A DNA stretch of 64,000 bases from Batkoa obscura. Taxonomy: Eukaryota. The notes beneath the pieces are model-generated. The model ran no database searches and was not told where the DNA came from. It saw nothing but the letters and a program-made list of their open reading frames with translations. Positions 25,731 through 37,121 of this stretch are shown one piece after another (position 1 is the first letter of the stretch; the number at the start of each line of letters is the position of its first letter). The stretch covers positions 744,001-808,000 of the forward strand of contig JASVEC010000015.1 in assembly GCA_030770535.1 (NCBI GenBank), read 5' to 3'. Position numbers and translations under genes: made by a program.

Positions 25731-27230
25731 TTAATCAGCCCTTTCTTCAAGATACTGCGTAATACTCTGCCAGAGACATATGTTTCTCCTGCGATGGATA
25801 GTGACCATTTTAGTACCTTTTGGTGAAAGCCCAGAATGGAGCAATTTTCTATCTGATTCCTTTTCATATTTCAGTTGTTTAATAAGTCCAAGGCCCGGAA
25901 AAGACCAGATTTTAATGTTACCATCGTCAACTTTATGTGTGGTAACGATTTCTTTATTCTTTGAAGAAAAATGGACATTACAAAGAGCGGCATTAGTAAC
26001 TAAAGTATCGATCATTTTCTGATCATAGGTATCTAGAAATCTTATAGTTCCCTTCTTGTCCCCTATACCTAAGGCTAATATCGTTGGTCTCCATGGACAG
26101 GAATCCACAGCAATAATAGGCCCCCTTTCTTCACAATGTTCCAAGAAAACTTTAAATTCATTATTTAAATCAAACATTTTTAACTCTCCACTTTCACTTA
26201 TGCTTACTAGATGCCCTTTCTTAGTAACTATAAAATCAATCACTTTACTGAAGTGGGCCTTAATCCTATTTTTTATGATTTTTTTCGCAATATCATACAA
26301 CACGATTTCTCCATTATCAAAACTAATCAGCAGTAAATCTTCGCTAAGAAGATAAGTTTTCATGGCCTGAAGTTCTGGATCAAGCTGGACTTCTGGTAGT
26401 AAAAATCTTGTGATAGTACGAGCTTCATTATCCAAGATACCTATAATGCACCCTGAAAAGGCCAAAGTTAATTTAGTTCCACAATAACTAGCACAAACCG
26501 AATTAAATTTATCTTCGAGGAAATGGGGTTGATATTGATATAGTCTGTCTGCTTTAAAATCATAAACAAATAGATAAGCATCCGACATTTTACCACTGAC
26601 TGAAATTGCAACTTTATTTTCATCAAGCCAGGTAATCATTTTCATCCCAGGATCTGTTGGTACATGATCTCCATATGTAAAACTTAAAGGCTTTTGATCC
26701 GATCCATTGGTCCTATTTAAATGATGTTCAAACTTTGTTTTATCCTCAAGCAATGTTGCACTTAAAACATTGTCATGCTTCAAAGAATTGCAAAGCTTGA
26801 TAGTATTATCAAAACCTTGTTTATAATACTCAAACATTATCGGATCTCGAAATGCTAGCTTTTCATCGTTCGTTAATTTCGCAATCTTCCGCCTTGCTTC
26901 AAGCTGCATACCTTCACTATTGCCCAAATAGCGTTCTAAATCGTGGAAATCACTATTTTCACTATAAGTAACTAAAGTCCTTTTCTTTATGTTAAGCTCA
27001 GCGCTCAATATTTTATTTGCTAAAGCTTCAATATGATCTTGATTTTGTTGGTTCGTTGTAAACCTATACTTAGATTGTTTAAAAGTTGAGTTCCTAGTTT
27101 TGATTGCTAGGTTGCGACGGGTTTTAGTTGGTGAATGAGTGCTTAAAAGTTTAGAGAATTTCACTGGGGTAAGTTGAATTTTTTTATCTTTGAAAATAGG
27201 ATCTAGTTTATCTTGTTTTGAGCCAGTCAT
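25731..27230 (-). CDS. Divergent Cdc20/Fizzy-family WD40 protein (APC/C activator-like)
   Basis: The C-terminal blades resemble Cdc20: AVDSCPWRPTILALGIGDKKGTIRFLD, LCNVHFSSKNKEIVTTH, IKIWSFPGL, KLLHSGLSPKGTKMVT. Intronless, 499 aa. Confidence 0.75.
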   Translation of the reverse strand: MTGSKQDKLDPIFKDKKIQLTPVKFSKLLSTHSPTKTRRNLAIKTRNSTFKQSKYRFTTNQQNQDHIEALANKILSAELNIKKRTLVTYSENSDFHDLERYLGNSEGMQLEARRKIAKLTNDEKLAFRDPIMFEYYKQGFDNTIKLCNSLKHDNVLSATLLEDKTKFEHHLNRTNGSDQKPLSFTYGDHVPTDPGMKMITWLDENKVAISVSGKMSDAYLFVYDFKADRLYQYQPHFLEDKFNSVCASYCGTKLTLAFSGCIIGILDNEARTITRFLLPEVQLDPELQAMKTYLLSEDLLLISFDNGEIVLYDIAKKIIKNRIKAHFSKVIDFIVTKKGHLVSISESGELKMFDLNNEFKVFLEHCEERGPIIAVDSCPWRPTILALGIGDKKGTIRFLDTYDQKMIDTLVTNAALCNVHFSSKNKEIVTTHKVDDGNIKIWSFPGLGLIKQLKYEKESDRKLLHSGLSPKGTKMVTIHRRRNICLWQSITQYLEERAD

Positions 27231-28939
27231 AGTTAATTGCCAATTGTACGCTAAGTTAAAGTATTTGTAAGCAAAAGTGGATGTTCCATTTAAGTTACAT
27301 TATTTGGAGTATATATCATTTGGTTGCAAATTTCGTTTCTTAAATTTGTTCTCATTTTTGCCCATTTGGGTTAACAAAAAAGAATTGGCTATTTTACTCA
27401 ACAAGCTTTCATTGGCTAATAGGTGTTTTTGGATATTGCGATTTTCAATGATATTTATTGCATTATCTTCATTGTTTGATATGAAAACAAATATATTTTA
27501 GTCAAATGTCAAGGTTTATAATACAAAGATTTTAGCTTTGATATAATAAAAATTAATTTTTTAAACTATATTGTCATTTGATGCCTTATTCATTAATTAC
27601 TGTATTATTGAAATTCCTTTACTAAAAAGGTTGACAAATAAAATGACTAATGTGTTTTTGAGCTTGTAAGTAATTGTGAGAAGTTAAGCCATAAAACTAT
27701 AATTCAAAACAAAAGACATTCAATTCAAAATAAAGACAAGATAGCTAACACGAAGATGTTTATTAATTAAAATAAAGCTGAAAATCGGGGCTATTCAACA
27801 TATCTAATAATTTATGCTAATCAAGATTTAGATAAAAAATAGTTTCAAGAAATTTCATGTTTAACTAATAAACGTTCTTATCTTGTATCTATTATATAAT
27901 TGAAGCTTAAGTATTATATACATTCTCAGCTTTTTACTATAAAAATTTTATTGTTTATTTTTTTATCGCTAATATATTTTACATTTTATTAAGTAACTTT
28001 TCATGTTTTACACTTTTAATAAGTTATTACAATTTTTTTAATTCTCAGCTTTTTATAATTAATTTGAAGCAACCAAGCTTTGAGCACTAAATTTTATAAT
28101 ATTTTTAGATAAAAGTATTGATAATTTTTTAGTTTAAATAAAAAATAAAATAAAAAAATAAAATAAAAAATAACATAGTAAATAAATAAATCGAAATTTC
28201 TAGCCAATTTTAGTTATATAGACTATATAAAAAAAACACCCTCATACAGTAAATTAGAAAAAATAATTTACTTCCTAGCACGACTTCAGTGTTTAGCTTA
28301 ATGTATATTAATTGAACTATTTTACTAGTATATATGCTTAAGGAATAATTATGCAAATATAGCAAGAAAAAAAAGAACAGCTTCTGGAGTTTTATCAGTT
28401 TAATATTATACACCATTGATTTATATAAAATCAAAGTTTCATTTAACAGAGTATATCGTTTGATTTAACTAGCTGTTTAAATTTGTAAGGATTAACATAA
28501 TAAGCTTTAGATATAGGCTTTTGTTTTTCATTGGATGTGGAAACCTTGCAATTATCCCTATCCTTTTTAATGACGAATTGATTTTCTAATTGCTCATTAA
28601 AATTTTATAGTAATATATTTGGTTACCATAAATACAAGGATTTAATTAACCCATCAAACGCATATGCTATATATTTATGTCATAGCCAGAACTGGCTTTT
28701 AATCAGTGGAGCCGTAGATTTAAGCAATCAAATCAATTAGTGACTTTAATGCTACAAGGAATTAACCTTGGTCGCCTTTTCAAAAATTTAGAGATGCTTG
28801 AGGGATCAACTTATTAAAGACAAAAATAAGATTGTACTATAGTATTAGCTACTTCTAAAAAAAGGGGAGCATGAAATTTTTGATACTTGGGTATCTATAA
28901 AAAATGGATTATAATTTATGTAGTTTTGACGAATTGCTT

Positions 28940-30859
28940 CTACTCCTTATTATTTAAACAATCAAGTAAAGTACATCTAAAATCAGAACAAATAGGGAAC
29001 TCAAATAATAGTATCTGAACTTTTTGAATTACAGAATCAATATCAGATTTATTAGTAAATCTTTCCAAGTTATAAGCAAGTTGAAATAGTTCTAAAATAG
29101 ATATACAATTTTGTTTCAAAAAGTCCATTACTTCATTAGGACAATTACTTTGAAGTTGAAATTTCTCGCATGTTATTGCTAGAAGGAATACATAAAAGGC
29201 ATTGAGTAGCTCTTCAAATTGGATTGTCTTCAAAATTGAATAAATCATCTTATTGACTATATCTGTTGTATTGGGTTTCACGTTATTGTTTAAATAAGTT
29301 TTGATTTGGCTTAAAAGCCCGATATTATCTGGTGTTTCACTTAATTGCCCAACAATATTCTCAAAATAAACATAAATTAGTATTTTATAAATTGATGCTA
29401 TTTTAAGCGCTGCTTCTAATACTATTAATATATCTTTTGGCGATACTTGCCTCTGGGCTGTGTTATTAAGAAGTGAGGGACATATTAAATAAATCTGATT
29501 ACAGTAGAGCAATATAGAGTAACGAACTAAAAGATAAAATTTATGATAGATGCAAAATTTATCAGAAAAGCGGCATAGATAATTTTGCATACAAAGCGGT
29601 TCTTTTCTGCTACTCCTTGAGTGTTCTTCAATAATAAAATTCCTATTAGGTTGAATATGCCATTTTATTGCTTGTTGAGCTTGTCGAGAATCATTGTATA
29701 TCAACTCTAATTTGTTATAGCAGGTTCGTTCAGAGTTGGGGACGGAATTACTGACTGCTTTAAAAGGGCTATAAATAATAGAAAAGGTATCAATCGAGTT
29801 AAACCAAATAAACGAAGTTGCCCTCTTTTTATCCATGCATCTACCATTACAAGAAGAATACTTGTTTTCAAGTTGGTCTAATAGTTCCATATCAATAGGT
29901 TCACTACTTATATGTTTTGGAAGAGTGTCATGATCAAAGAAGTCCATACAATCTGCATTTATGATGAATAAAATATAAGCCCATAATTTATACTTCTTTA
30001 GTATCAAACAAGCTTCTTGTTTTGATTTATTTTGCAAATCCGCTTTCAAATCAATTTTATCAATCCCAAGGCAATAAGCCATTCTCAATACTATTGGAAA
30101 AACGCTTTTTATCAAGTTAATATCCGATTCATAGCAGCTCATTTTAATAAATAGTACCAATGCTTTTAAAGTCACAAAGCTTACTGTATTAATGCTCTGA
30201 TAAAACAGATTGGCAGACTCATTGTAGGCTTTATTAAATATATCTTTTGCCGTATCATGAAAAAATCCAAATGTACTTAGCACAGTATAATAGATAAAAT
30301 CGCCTTTCTTGTCTTTAATTATTTTAGTTAACTCTTGACTGGTAAACTCGGAGCCTGATCCTACCAATATGCAATTATGTGCATCTATCCCTATCTCTAA
30401 GAAACTTCCATAATCAAACTTGCTCGGTTCACTACCCACATGCTCTATGCTTCTACCACCGCGGTTTCTCAAACTATATAATTGATCCGAATGGAACTTC
30501 ATATAATCCTCTATAACACTTTCTACTTTTCTTATATTTATAGCGAAATAATCCCAACATCTAGTTTCTAAATATTCTTTTGAGGCACCTGTACTTAGCT
30601 TGATTTGGTTACTAGCCCAGACTAAATATCGTTTGATATAATTTAATCTCTTAATGTTATAGTATAGAATTGACTTTGACCTTAAAGTTGAACTTTTTAA
30701 CTCACATTCAATTTCATTTATCGCTTGAAACAACTGTTTAGTTTGTGCCTCTAAAAGGTCTATCCTTTCATTTACTTTCTCTCGTTTTGTTCTTATGTTA
30801 CAAAGCGTGTGTTTTTTCTTGACCCCCTTTCTATCAAAAGTATAGCCTTTGATTATCAT
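28940..30859 (-). CDS. Paralogue B1: ~640-aa protein resembling the fungal transcription-factor middle homology region, no Zn2Cys6 cluster
   Basis: Intact 639-aa ORF with a coiled-coil ERIDLLEAQTKQL. LKALVLF...VLRMAYCLGIDK...KKYKLWAYI resembles the Fungal_trans A.RMA..LGL...RRR.WW pattern. Homologous to the three ORFs below. Confidence 0.6.
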   Translation of the reverse strand: MIIKGYTFDRKGVKKKHTLCNIRTKREKVNERIDLLEAQTKQLFQAINEIECELKSSTLRSKSILYYNIKRLNYIKRYLVWASNQIKLSTGASKEYLETRCWDYFAINIRKVESVIEDYMKFHSDQLYSLRNRGGRSIEHVGSEPSKFDYGSFLEIGIDAHNCILVGSGSEFTSQELTKIIKDKKGDFIYYTVLSTFGFFHDTAKDIFNKAYNESANLFYQSINTVSFVTLKALVLFIKMSCYESDINLIKSVFPIVLRMAYCLGIDKIDLKADLQNKSKQEACLILKKYKLWAYILFIINADCMDFFDHDTLPKHISSEPIDMELLDQLENKYSSCNGRCMDKKRATSFIWFNSIDTFSIIYSPFKAVSNSVPNSERTCYNKLELIYNDSRQAQQAIKWHIQPNRNFIIEEHSRSSRKEPLCMQNYLCRFSDKFCIYHKFYLLVRYSILLYCNQIYLICPSLLNNTAQRQVSPKDILIVLEAALKIASIYKILIYVYFENIVGQLSETPDNIGLLSQIKTYLNNNVKPNTTDIVNKMIYSILKTIQFEELLNAFYVFLLAITCEKFQLQSNCPNEVMDFLKQNCISILELFQLAYNLERFTNKSDIDSVIQKVQILLFEFPICSDFRCTLLDCLNNKE

Positions 30860-31456
30860 AATTTTAAGTAAAAATGATTATTTTTATTGGGTATATTACA
30901 AAATTTAGGATCTAAGTTATTCACTTTTGAGTGGAATAAACTTAGGATTATTATATAATCTTATTTAAATTTATTATTTTTAGTTTTAAAAGGATCAAAT
31001 AATAATCTTATTCTTTTTGAAACCTTGAACCCAAATGGGCAAGCGTGTTTGTTGAGTTGAATGGTAGTTTTTTTGAAATATAAATATACAATTGTCAAGG
31101 GTTTTAGTTCGGAGATACAATTGCTTAAGAGCTTAATTGACCAGTTATATCATCTTTACATGCTATTTTTGATCTAATATAAAAGTGTAGAACTAATAAA
31201 TCGGATCCTAAGTCCTTTGTATAATAGACGCAGTAGGAGCGATAAAAGTCCAAATTATTAAACCAATGAGATAGTTTATCAAGTTAAAATCGAAGTCATG
31301 TTGAACAAAATACTAGGAATGAAGGTACAACAAGTAAAAGTTAGCATTAGAAGGGAAGATGTCAAGATAGCTTTGGGCTAGCATTATTTTGATTTAACTA
31401 ATTTATTAAAAATAAGTACATATCATTAAATCATAACAGATAAAGCTTTGATGCAG

Positions 31457-33376
31457 TTAATTGATATCAACAATGCTTTTAATTTTGCTTAAGAACTCCT
31501 TAGAAACAGTGAAATTTCTTAAAACCATTTTAAGTTTTTGAAAAGTATGAGTGATATCCAATTTTTTGTACACATGCTTTGATTTATAAGCAAGTTGAAA
31601 TATTTGTAAAATAGACAATATATTTTGTTTTAAATATTCTGTCATTTCATTAGAAGAATCACAATGAAGTTGAAAATTCTTTGAAGTTATGGCTAAAAGG
31701 AACACATACATGGGATAAAGTAAGTCTTCAAAATGAATTGTTCTTAAAATATAATGTATTGATTTATTAATATTATTGTTTAAAACAGGCCTTATATTAT
31801 CTTTTAGATAAGCTTTGATTTGATTAACAAGATCCCTGTCATCCCCAGTTTCACTCAAGAATTCAATTACATTTTCAAAATAGACACTGATGATTATTTT
31901 ACAAATGCACAATATTTTTATTGCTGCCTCTAATGCAATTAACATATCTTTTAAAGGTACTTCCATTTGTACGAGATTGCTGTCCATTAACGGATTGATC
32001 AAAAGTAATTGAATTATGTAGAATAACATACTTTTTCGAATTGATAAATGATAGCCATGCTGTTCACAATGATTATTTGGGATCCGACATAAATAATTAT
32101 GGATATATAATGGCTGCTTTTTGGTATATCTTAGATATTCCTCAATAATAAAGTTAGCATCGGGCTTAAAATAGTAGCTTGTGATATACTGTATCCGTTC
32201 AATGTCATAATTATTCAACCTCATAGTCTCATAACACATAGGTTTGATTTTGGATAATTCATCTTTGATAGTCAGAATATGTTTTGATAGAATTAAAAAT
32301 ACCTCACTTAAATTTGTCCAAAAAGAGAACGAAAGTTCTTTTTGATTAGTAAGTGCATTGAACGGATTCGGATACTTTTGATAAACTTGTTTCAATACCT
32401 TAAAGTTGGGTAACTCGAGTTCAAACTGTTTCCCTAATGGAAACTGCTTAAACAAAGAATGATTTATTGTAGCAAAGATCACTATAGATTCCCATATTTT
32501 ATACTTTTGTATTACTAATGTTGCTTCTTCAAACGTTTTATTTTCTAAGTCTGTGTTTAAATTCACTTTATCGATCTCTAATGAATAAGCCATCCTTAAT
32601 ATTATTGGATAAATATGATTCAACAAGTCCCAATTAAAATCAAAGCATGCAACTTTACTTAGTAACAATAGTGCCTTAAGAGTATTAATACTTACATCAT
32701 CTAAAGCTTGATAGATTAGCTTTGTTGACTCATAATGAGTTTTATTAAAAATGTCTATTAAAGTTGGATCATGATATATATTTCCATATGAGCTAAAAGT
32801 GCTTAAAATAGTATACGACAAAAAATTGGGTTGTTTGCTTTTTAGTATAGCTCTTAACTCTTTTTCTGTAAACTGATTACCTGATCCAAATAATAAGCAT
32901 CGATGTGCATGGATTCCATCCTCTAAAAATTTACCATAATCTACGCTTGTTACCTTATTTCCTACTCCTTCAGCACTTCTTCCTGTTCTGTTCCTTAAGT
33001 TGAATAATTTGTCCGAATTGAGTTTAATATAGTCCTTTAGTACTGAGTCAACTTGCTTCACATACGTATCAAACTGAGAAGCTGAAAAAAGATTAGTGCA
33101 ACTGTAACCATCAAAATCATTATTGGAGTTCAACTGCTTACAAGCCCAAACCAAATAGTTTTTTATATACTGAAGTTTCTTATAATAATATATTGGTGTT
33201 CCATTTGAGCTTGAATTGATTAAAGTTAACTCATAATCTTTTATAAACTGAAATATTGTTTGTACTTGTGACTCCAATCTTAGTATCCTTTCATTCAGCT
33301 GTTTACTTTTTGCTTTTGAACTATATCCTTTCTTACGCTCTCTTTCTTTATTAAAATTATATGGTATTATTTTCAT
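31457..33376 (-). CDS. Paralogue A1 of the same ~640-aa family
   Basis: Intact 639-aa ORF with ERILRLESQV, LKALLLLS, ILRMAYSLEIDK and QKYKIWESI; shares LRNRxGRS..DYGxFLExGIxAH with B1/B2. Confidence 0.6.
   Translation of the reverse strand: MKIIPYNFNKERERKKGYSSKAKSKQLNERILRLESQVQTIFQFIKDYELTLINSSSNGTPIYYYKKLQYIKNYLVWACKQLNSNNDFDGYSCTNLFSASQFDTYVKQVDSVLKDYIKLNSDKLFNLRNRTGRSAEGVGNKVTSVDYGKFLEDGIHAHRCLLFGSGNQFTEKELRAILKSKQPNFLSYTILSTFSSYGNIYHDPTLIDIFNKTHYESTKLIYQALDDVSINTLKALLLLSKVACFDFNWDLLNHIYPIILRMAYSLEIDKVNLNTDLENKTFEEATLVIQKYKIWESIVIFATINHSLFKQFPLGKQFELELPNFKVLKQVYQKYPNPFNALTNQKELSFSFWTNLSEVFLILSKHILTIKDELSKIKPMCYETMRLNNYDIERIQYITSYYFKPDANFIIEEYLRYTKKQPLYIHNYLCRIPNNHCEQHGYHLSIRKSMLFYIIQLLLINPLMDSNLVQMEVPLKDMLIALEAAIKILCICKIIISVYFENVIEFLSETGDDRDLVNQIKAYLKDNIRPVLNNNINKSIHYILRTIHFEDLLYPMYVFLLAITSKNFQLHCDSSNEMTEYLKQNILSILQIFQLAYKSKHVYKKLDITHTFQKLKMVLRNFTVSKEFLSKIKSIVDIN
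32308..33376 (-). repeat. Left arm of a 1,069-bp apparently identical inverted repeat (partner 41002-42070)
   Basis: Protein sequences are identical from Met1 to ...FWTNL and spot-checked nucleotide lines are identical; first mismatch seen at 32307/42071. Confidence 0.9.
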
Positions 33377-33899
33377 TTAAAAAAGTGACTATCTCAAATT
33401 TCACTTTTTGTCTGTTTCCAAACTTTTTAGAATACTTAACCTTTGAACACTTGTAAAAGTAGTAATTTATTGCTATAAATTGGTAAGATTTAGTGTTTTT
33501 TTGGCTTCATTTTTTATCTCTTAAGTACTATTTAAATGGAAGAATTACTAATAAATTCTAAACCTAAAAATATGCCCTTATTCCTCGAATTTGGGAGTTT
33601 ATTTTCATAAAATTATGAAATAGTTCACAAATATTTCAAGCAATATTAATTAAAAAAACTGTATAGTGACAAAAGATATACCGAACTAACAAGTAAAGCA
33701 AACTTCTTTCCTAGTCTCTAATGATAACAAACTCTAGAATGATACATGTTCGTGTTTTTTATCCATAGCATTTGACCTAAATTTTCAAATTTTAGGCAGC
33801 ATAAAAATAGTCAAAATAATGAAAAAACACTCCTACACCAAATTTGTAAATTTAAACCTTATCTTTAATTTTAGTATTTTTATACTTATTTTATGATAT

Positions 33900-33997
33900 G
33901 GGGGTGTTTTTTTGTGTTTAAGAATTTTACTAACAATCTTTCTACTCAAATAGCGCTTAAAAAATGGAAAAATAATGAAATCAAAAAAAACATCCCC
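33900..33997 (+). mobile_element. MITE family 1 copy, TSD ATAT
   Basis: ATAT|GGGGGTG...CATCCCC|ATAT. Confidence 0.92.
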
Positions 33998-34765
33998 ATA
34001 TGTCAAATATATGTTTAACTAGAAAATACATAATTCTCATTTATTTTAGTACTGGAGATAACTTTGAATAATGGCACTATATAGACTATAAAAATAATAA
34101 AATACCAAAAGATAGTGGATAAAAAGGAGGAATAACAAAAGCTATAGATGATTACAAATAGGGAGGATTTGCTAGAATCAAAATAACATCAAGTTTAATC
34201 AAACAAGAAAATATCAGTATTAGTCATTAATAAAATGTTACTATAAAAAGCAAGTAATAAGTAATAATAGTGTTGAACATTGTAGAGTAAACTGTATTTT
34301 TTAAAATATTTTAATTTGTTATCTTTACTTTTATTACTTCATAAATAAAATAACTCATTATTAATCACCATCATAAAAACAATATTTTTTTGTATAAAGA
34401 AGCTGATCATTTATTGAAAATTCAACTATTGCTTCTCTATTATGGTCTAATTAGCTGCTCATTTGGGAGTCAAATTTATCTAAACCAAGCCAAAATCTAA
34501 GGATTAGGCCTCAAAAATTAATCATTAAAATGCCTAATTTCAAAACTGAGCGCTAATTAGATCACAATAAAGCTGTAACAGATCTATAGGCTGAAGATAA
34601 AGAAAGGCTAAATTAGTACTTTTAAGTTTTTTTTAAAATGGCTGAAAGTTTAACATTAATAACTGAAATTAAATTGATGGGCAAAAAAATCATTGCTCTT
34701 ATAAAATATAATATAAATAATACATTCGATTAATTTATTATGCTATTTTTTGTATTCAATTAAAA

Positions 34766-35908
34766 ATGTTAAAATATATTCTACCTGTATTACCTCTACT
34801 TAGCTTAGTAGTTGGCCAGTGTACTAAAATCAATGAAAGAAAGGAAATACGAGAAATGAGCGCAGATGAACAACAGAGATATGTAAGGGCAGTAACTACC
34901 TTACATAGTGAGTCTGATAATAACAGAGAAAGGTTCACTGATTTATTATCTCGGGTTCATGTCTATCATTTTGATACGATTCATAACTCAGGATTTTTTT
35001 TACCTTGGCATCGTTATTTGTTAAGATTGTATGAACAAAGATTACAAAATATAGACCCAAGCATTGTATTGCCTTATTGGGATTGGTCTTTGGACTATCG
35101 TGATCCAGCAGGTAGCATTGTATTAAGCTCTCAGCTTCTTGGTGGTAATGGAAATCGACGATATAACTACTGTGTTGTTAATGGTGCTGTTTCAAGTTTA
35201 AGACCTGGTTTTCCCAGTCCACATTGCTTAAGGAGAGACTATGATGGAGGCAGATATATATCATCATTGTCTTCGATTGAAGATCTTGAGTTATTGTTAA
35301 ATGAAGACAAGTTTTCTAAATTTTCGTCACAGTTGGAAATTATTCATGGCGAATTACACTCACATGTTGGAGGCGATTTTAAGCAAAGACACTCCAATGC
35401 TGATCCTTTATTTTATTTACATCATGGTTTCATGGATAATTTATTTACTGAATGGCTATTAAGACATCCTAATTTTGAATTTGACAGTGATGAGTTTAGT
35501 TCAACTCTAACTTTAGATTCAAAGTTAGTTGGATTAGATGGGATTATTAGAAATATGCTAGATAGTAGCAATTACCCTTTGTGTTATAAATTCAAGAGTA
35601 GATACCCCAACTTTAGTAGAAATAGTAACAATAATTTATCGCGTTCGGTCGATAGCTTTGATATATTTAAGCGATTTATTGGAAACCAAACTTTAGATGA
35701 AGTAACTAAGAAATTTAATACTACTGATCATGGAGCTAAGTTGAGTAGAACAGTAACGATCAACAAATTCCCTAAGCTAAGTAAAATAAGTGATGAATGG
35801 ATAGAAAATAATGGGTTTGATAAAGAAAAGGTAAGAAAGTTTGAAGAGAAACGAATTTTATTCCGCAATATTTTAAATCAAAATGAATTGTTTAAACCGG
35901 TTTTATAA
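34766..35908 (+). CDS. Secreted tyrosinase / di-copper centre protein
   Basis: Signal peptide; RKEIREMS; CuA HVYH..IH...FLPWHR; PYWDW; CuB EIIHGELHSHVGG...DPLFYLHH. Confidence 0.93.
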   Translation: MLKYILPVLPLLSLVVGQCTKINERKEIREMSADEQQRYVRAVTTLHSESDNNRERFTDLLSRVHVYHFDTIHNSGFFLPWHRYLLRLYEQRLQNIDPSIVLPYWDWSLDYRDPAGSIVLSSQLLGGNGNRRYNYCVVNGAVSSLRPGFPSPHCLRRDYDGGRYISSLSSIEDLELLLNEDKFSKFSSQLEIIHGELHSHVGGDFKQRHSNADPLFYLHHGFMDNLFTEWLLRHPNFEFDSDEFSSTLTLDSKLVGLDGIIRNMLDSSNYPLCYKFKSRYPNFSRNSNNNLSRSVDSFDIFKRFIGNQTLDEVTKKFNTTDHGAKLSRTVTINKFPKLSKISDEWIENNGFDKEKVRKFEEKRILFRNILNQNELFKPVL

Positions 35909-35954
35909 TACAATAAAATATTGTTATGGAATACTTTATTATGTTCTATATTAT

Positions 35955-36806
35955 TTAACTAAATGTTACTATTGCTTTTGAATTTTCTTTGACTGTTACA
36001 ATACATTCTTTACTATCAATTAAGTTACACGGCGTATTAATACACTCTCCATATAAACAATCTATTGATAGGTTATATCCAATAGTGTTGAAATGTTTTA
36101 AATTAAAGTTAGGATTCAAGGCCATTCGAAAATAAATATTATTTTGATAGCCCAAGTTAGTGCCAAATAAATAAGGTGCCCAATTGCCAATATAGTCATT
36201 GGCGTTCCCCCAGTTACAATGTTGGTCATTGGTATTGAGTGGATTGACATAGAAGTGAGCCGATGTATTCATCCAATAGTCCTTTGGTAGCGTTGTTAAG
36301 GGTTGCATTTTATTTGGAAACAATGGAGTTGAAATCAACATGATTTCGGAGCCTGGATATACCGTTTGGCATACCGAAATTGGACGTTCTTTTTTATTAA
36401 TTAAAAACACACCATCAATCCCTTTTTTGCACAATGGTTCATCTGGGAAAGGATAAACTAATTTGCCTTGATTACAAAACACACCACCATGTGTAGATCC
36501 ACAATGATTTAAATCTAAACATTTTATACTTGGGTCCCATTGATTTGTATAATATCCAGGCTTACATGAGTATGGGCACCAGTTGCCACTCTTGCATTTT
36601 TGGTCTATTGTTGCCCAGCCGCCTTTAGGTGTTAATACGGATTGTATGTTGGGATCATTAGTGGGTAACTCACAATAAACATCGTCGTAATTTGGTTCAT
36701 TGCTCGGGTTTATCAGATTGTTTATTTCACCTTGTAAACTTAAATATATTTTGGATTGTATTTCAATTATCAAAAGTAGTAATAGAAGTTTATAGTCGAT
36801 ACTCAT
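35955..36806 (-). CDS. Secreted SUN-family (Sim1/Uth1/Nca3/Sun4-like) beta-glucosidase-like cell-wall protein
   Basis: Signal peptide; CKSGNWCPYSCKPGY..QW, GGVFCNQGKL, SVCQTVYPGSEIM, TSAHFYVNP, CNWG, GNWAPYLFG. Confidence 0.88.
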   Translation of the reverse strand: MSIDYKLLLLLLIIEIQSKIYLSLQGEINNLINPSNEPNYDDVYCELPTNDPNIQSVLTPKGGWATIDQKCKSGNWCPYSCKPGYYTNQWDPSIKCLDLNHCGSTHGGVFCNQGKLVYPFPDEPLCKKGIDGVFLINKKERPISVCQTVYPGSEIMLISTPLFPNKMQPLTTLPKDYWMNTSAHFYVNPLNTNDQHCNWGNANDYIGNWAPYLFGTNLGYQNNIYFRMALNPNFNLKHFNTIGYNLSIDCLYGECINTPCNLIDSKECIVTVKENSKAIVTFS

Positions 36807-37121
36807 TTTTATAATGTAATGTAGTATAAGTTATGTTATATTAAACTTATAATTATACTTTATTAAATATGCCTTTATTAAATAAAAATATGAAAAAATA
36901 ATGTTTATTTCTTTTTATTAAATTTTAACCACTTTATAAAACGTTAGTTATTATAATATCATTTATAAACATTAGTTTAATTTTAAATCATATTATTCTA
37001 ACTGTTTGATTTTTTTTTTTTAAATAGCTCGATTTGATTGGATTACTTTTTTAAAACAAATAAAGTGGCTAAATTTGATGAAGTTGTTTTATTTTTAAAA
37101 TATTTTAAAAATAACAAATAA

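Noticed and set aside
27780..27900. Possible F-box-like pseudogene fragment (DLDKK*FQEISCLTNKR)
   Set aside because: Too short and degenerate to support
31020..31420. Extra ~390 bp in the A1-B1 spacer compared with the A2-B2 spacer as an inserted element
   Set aside because: No TIRs, TSD or coding motif found; only a length difference (597 vs 209 bp)
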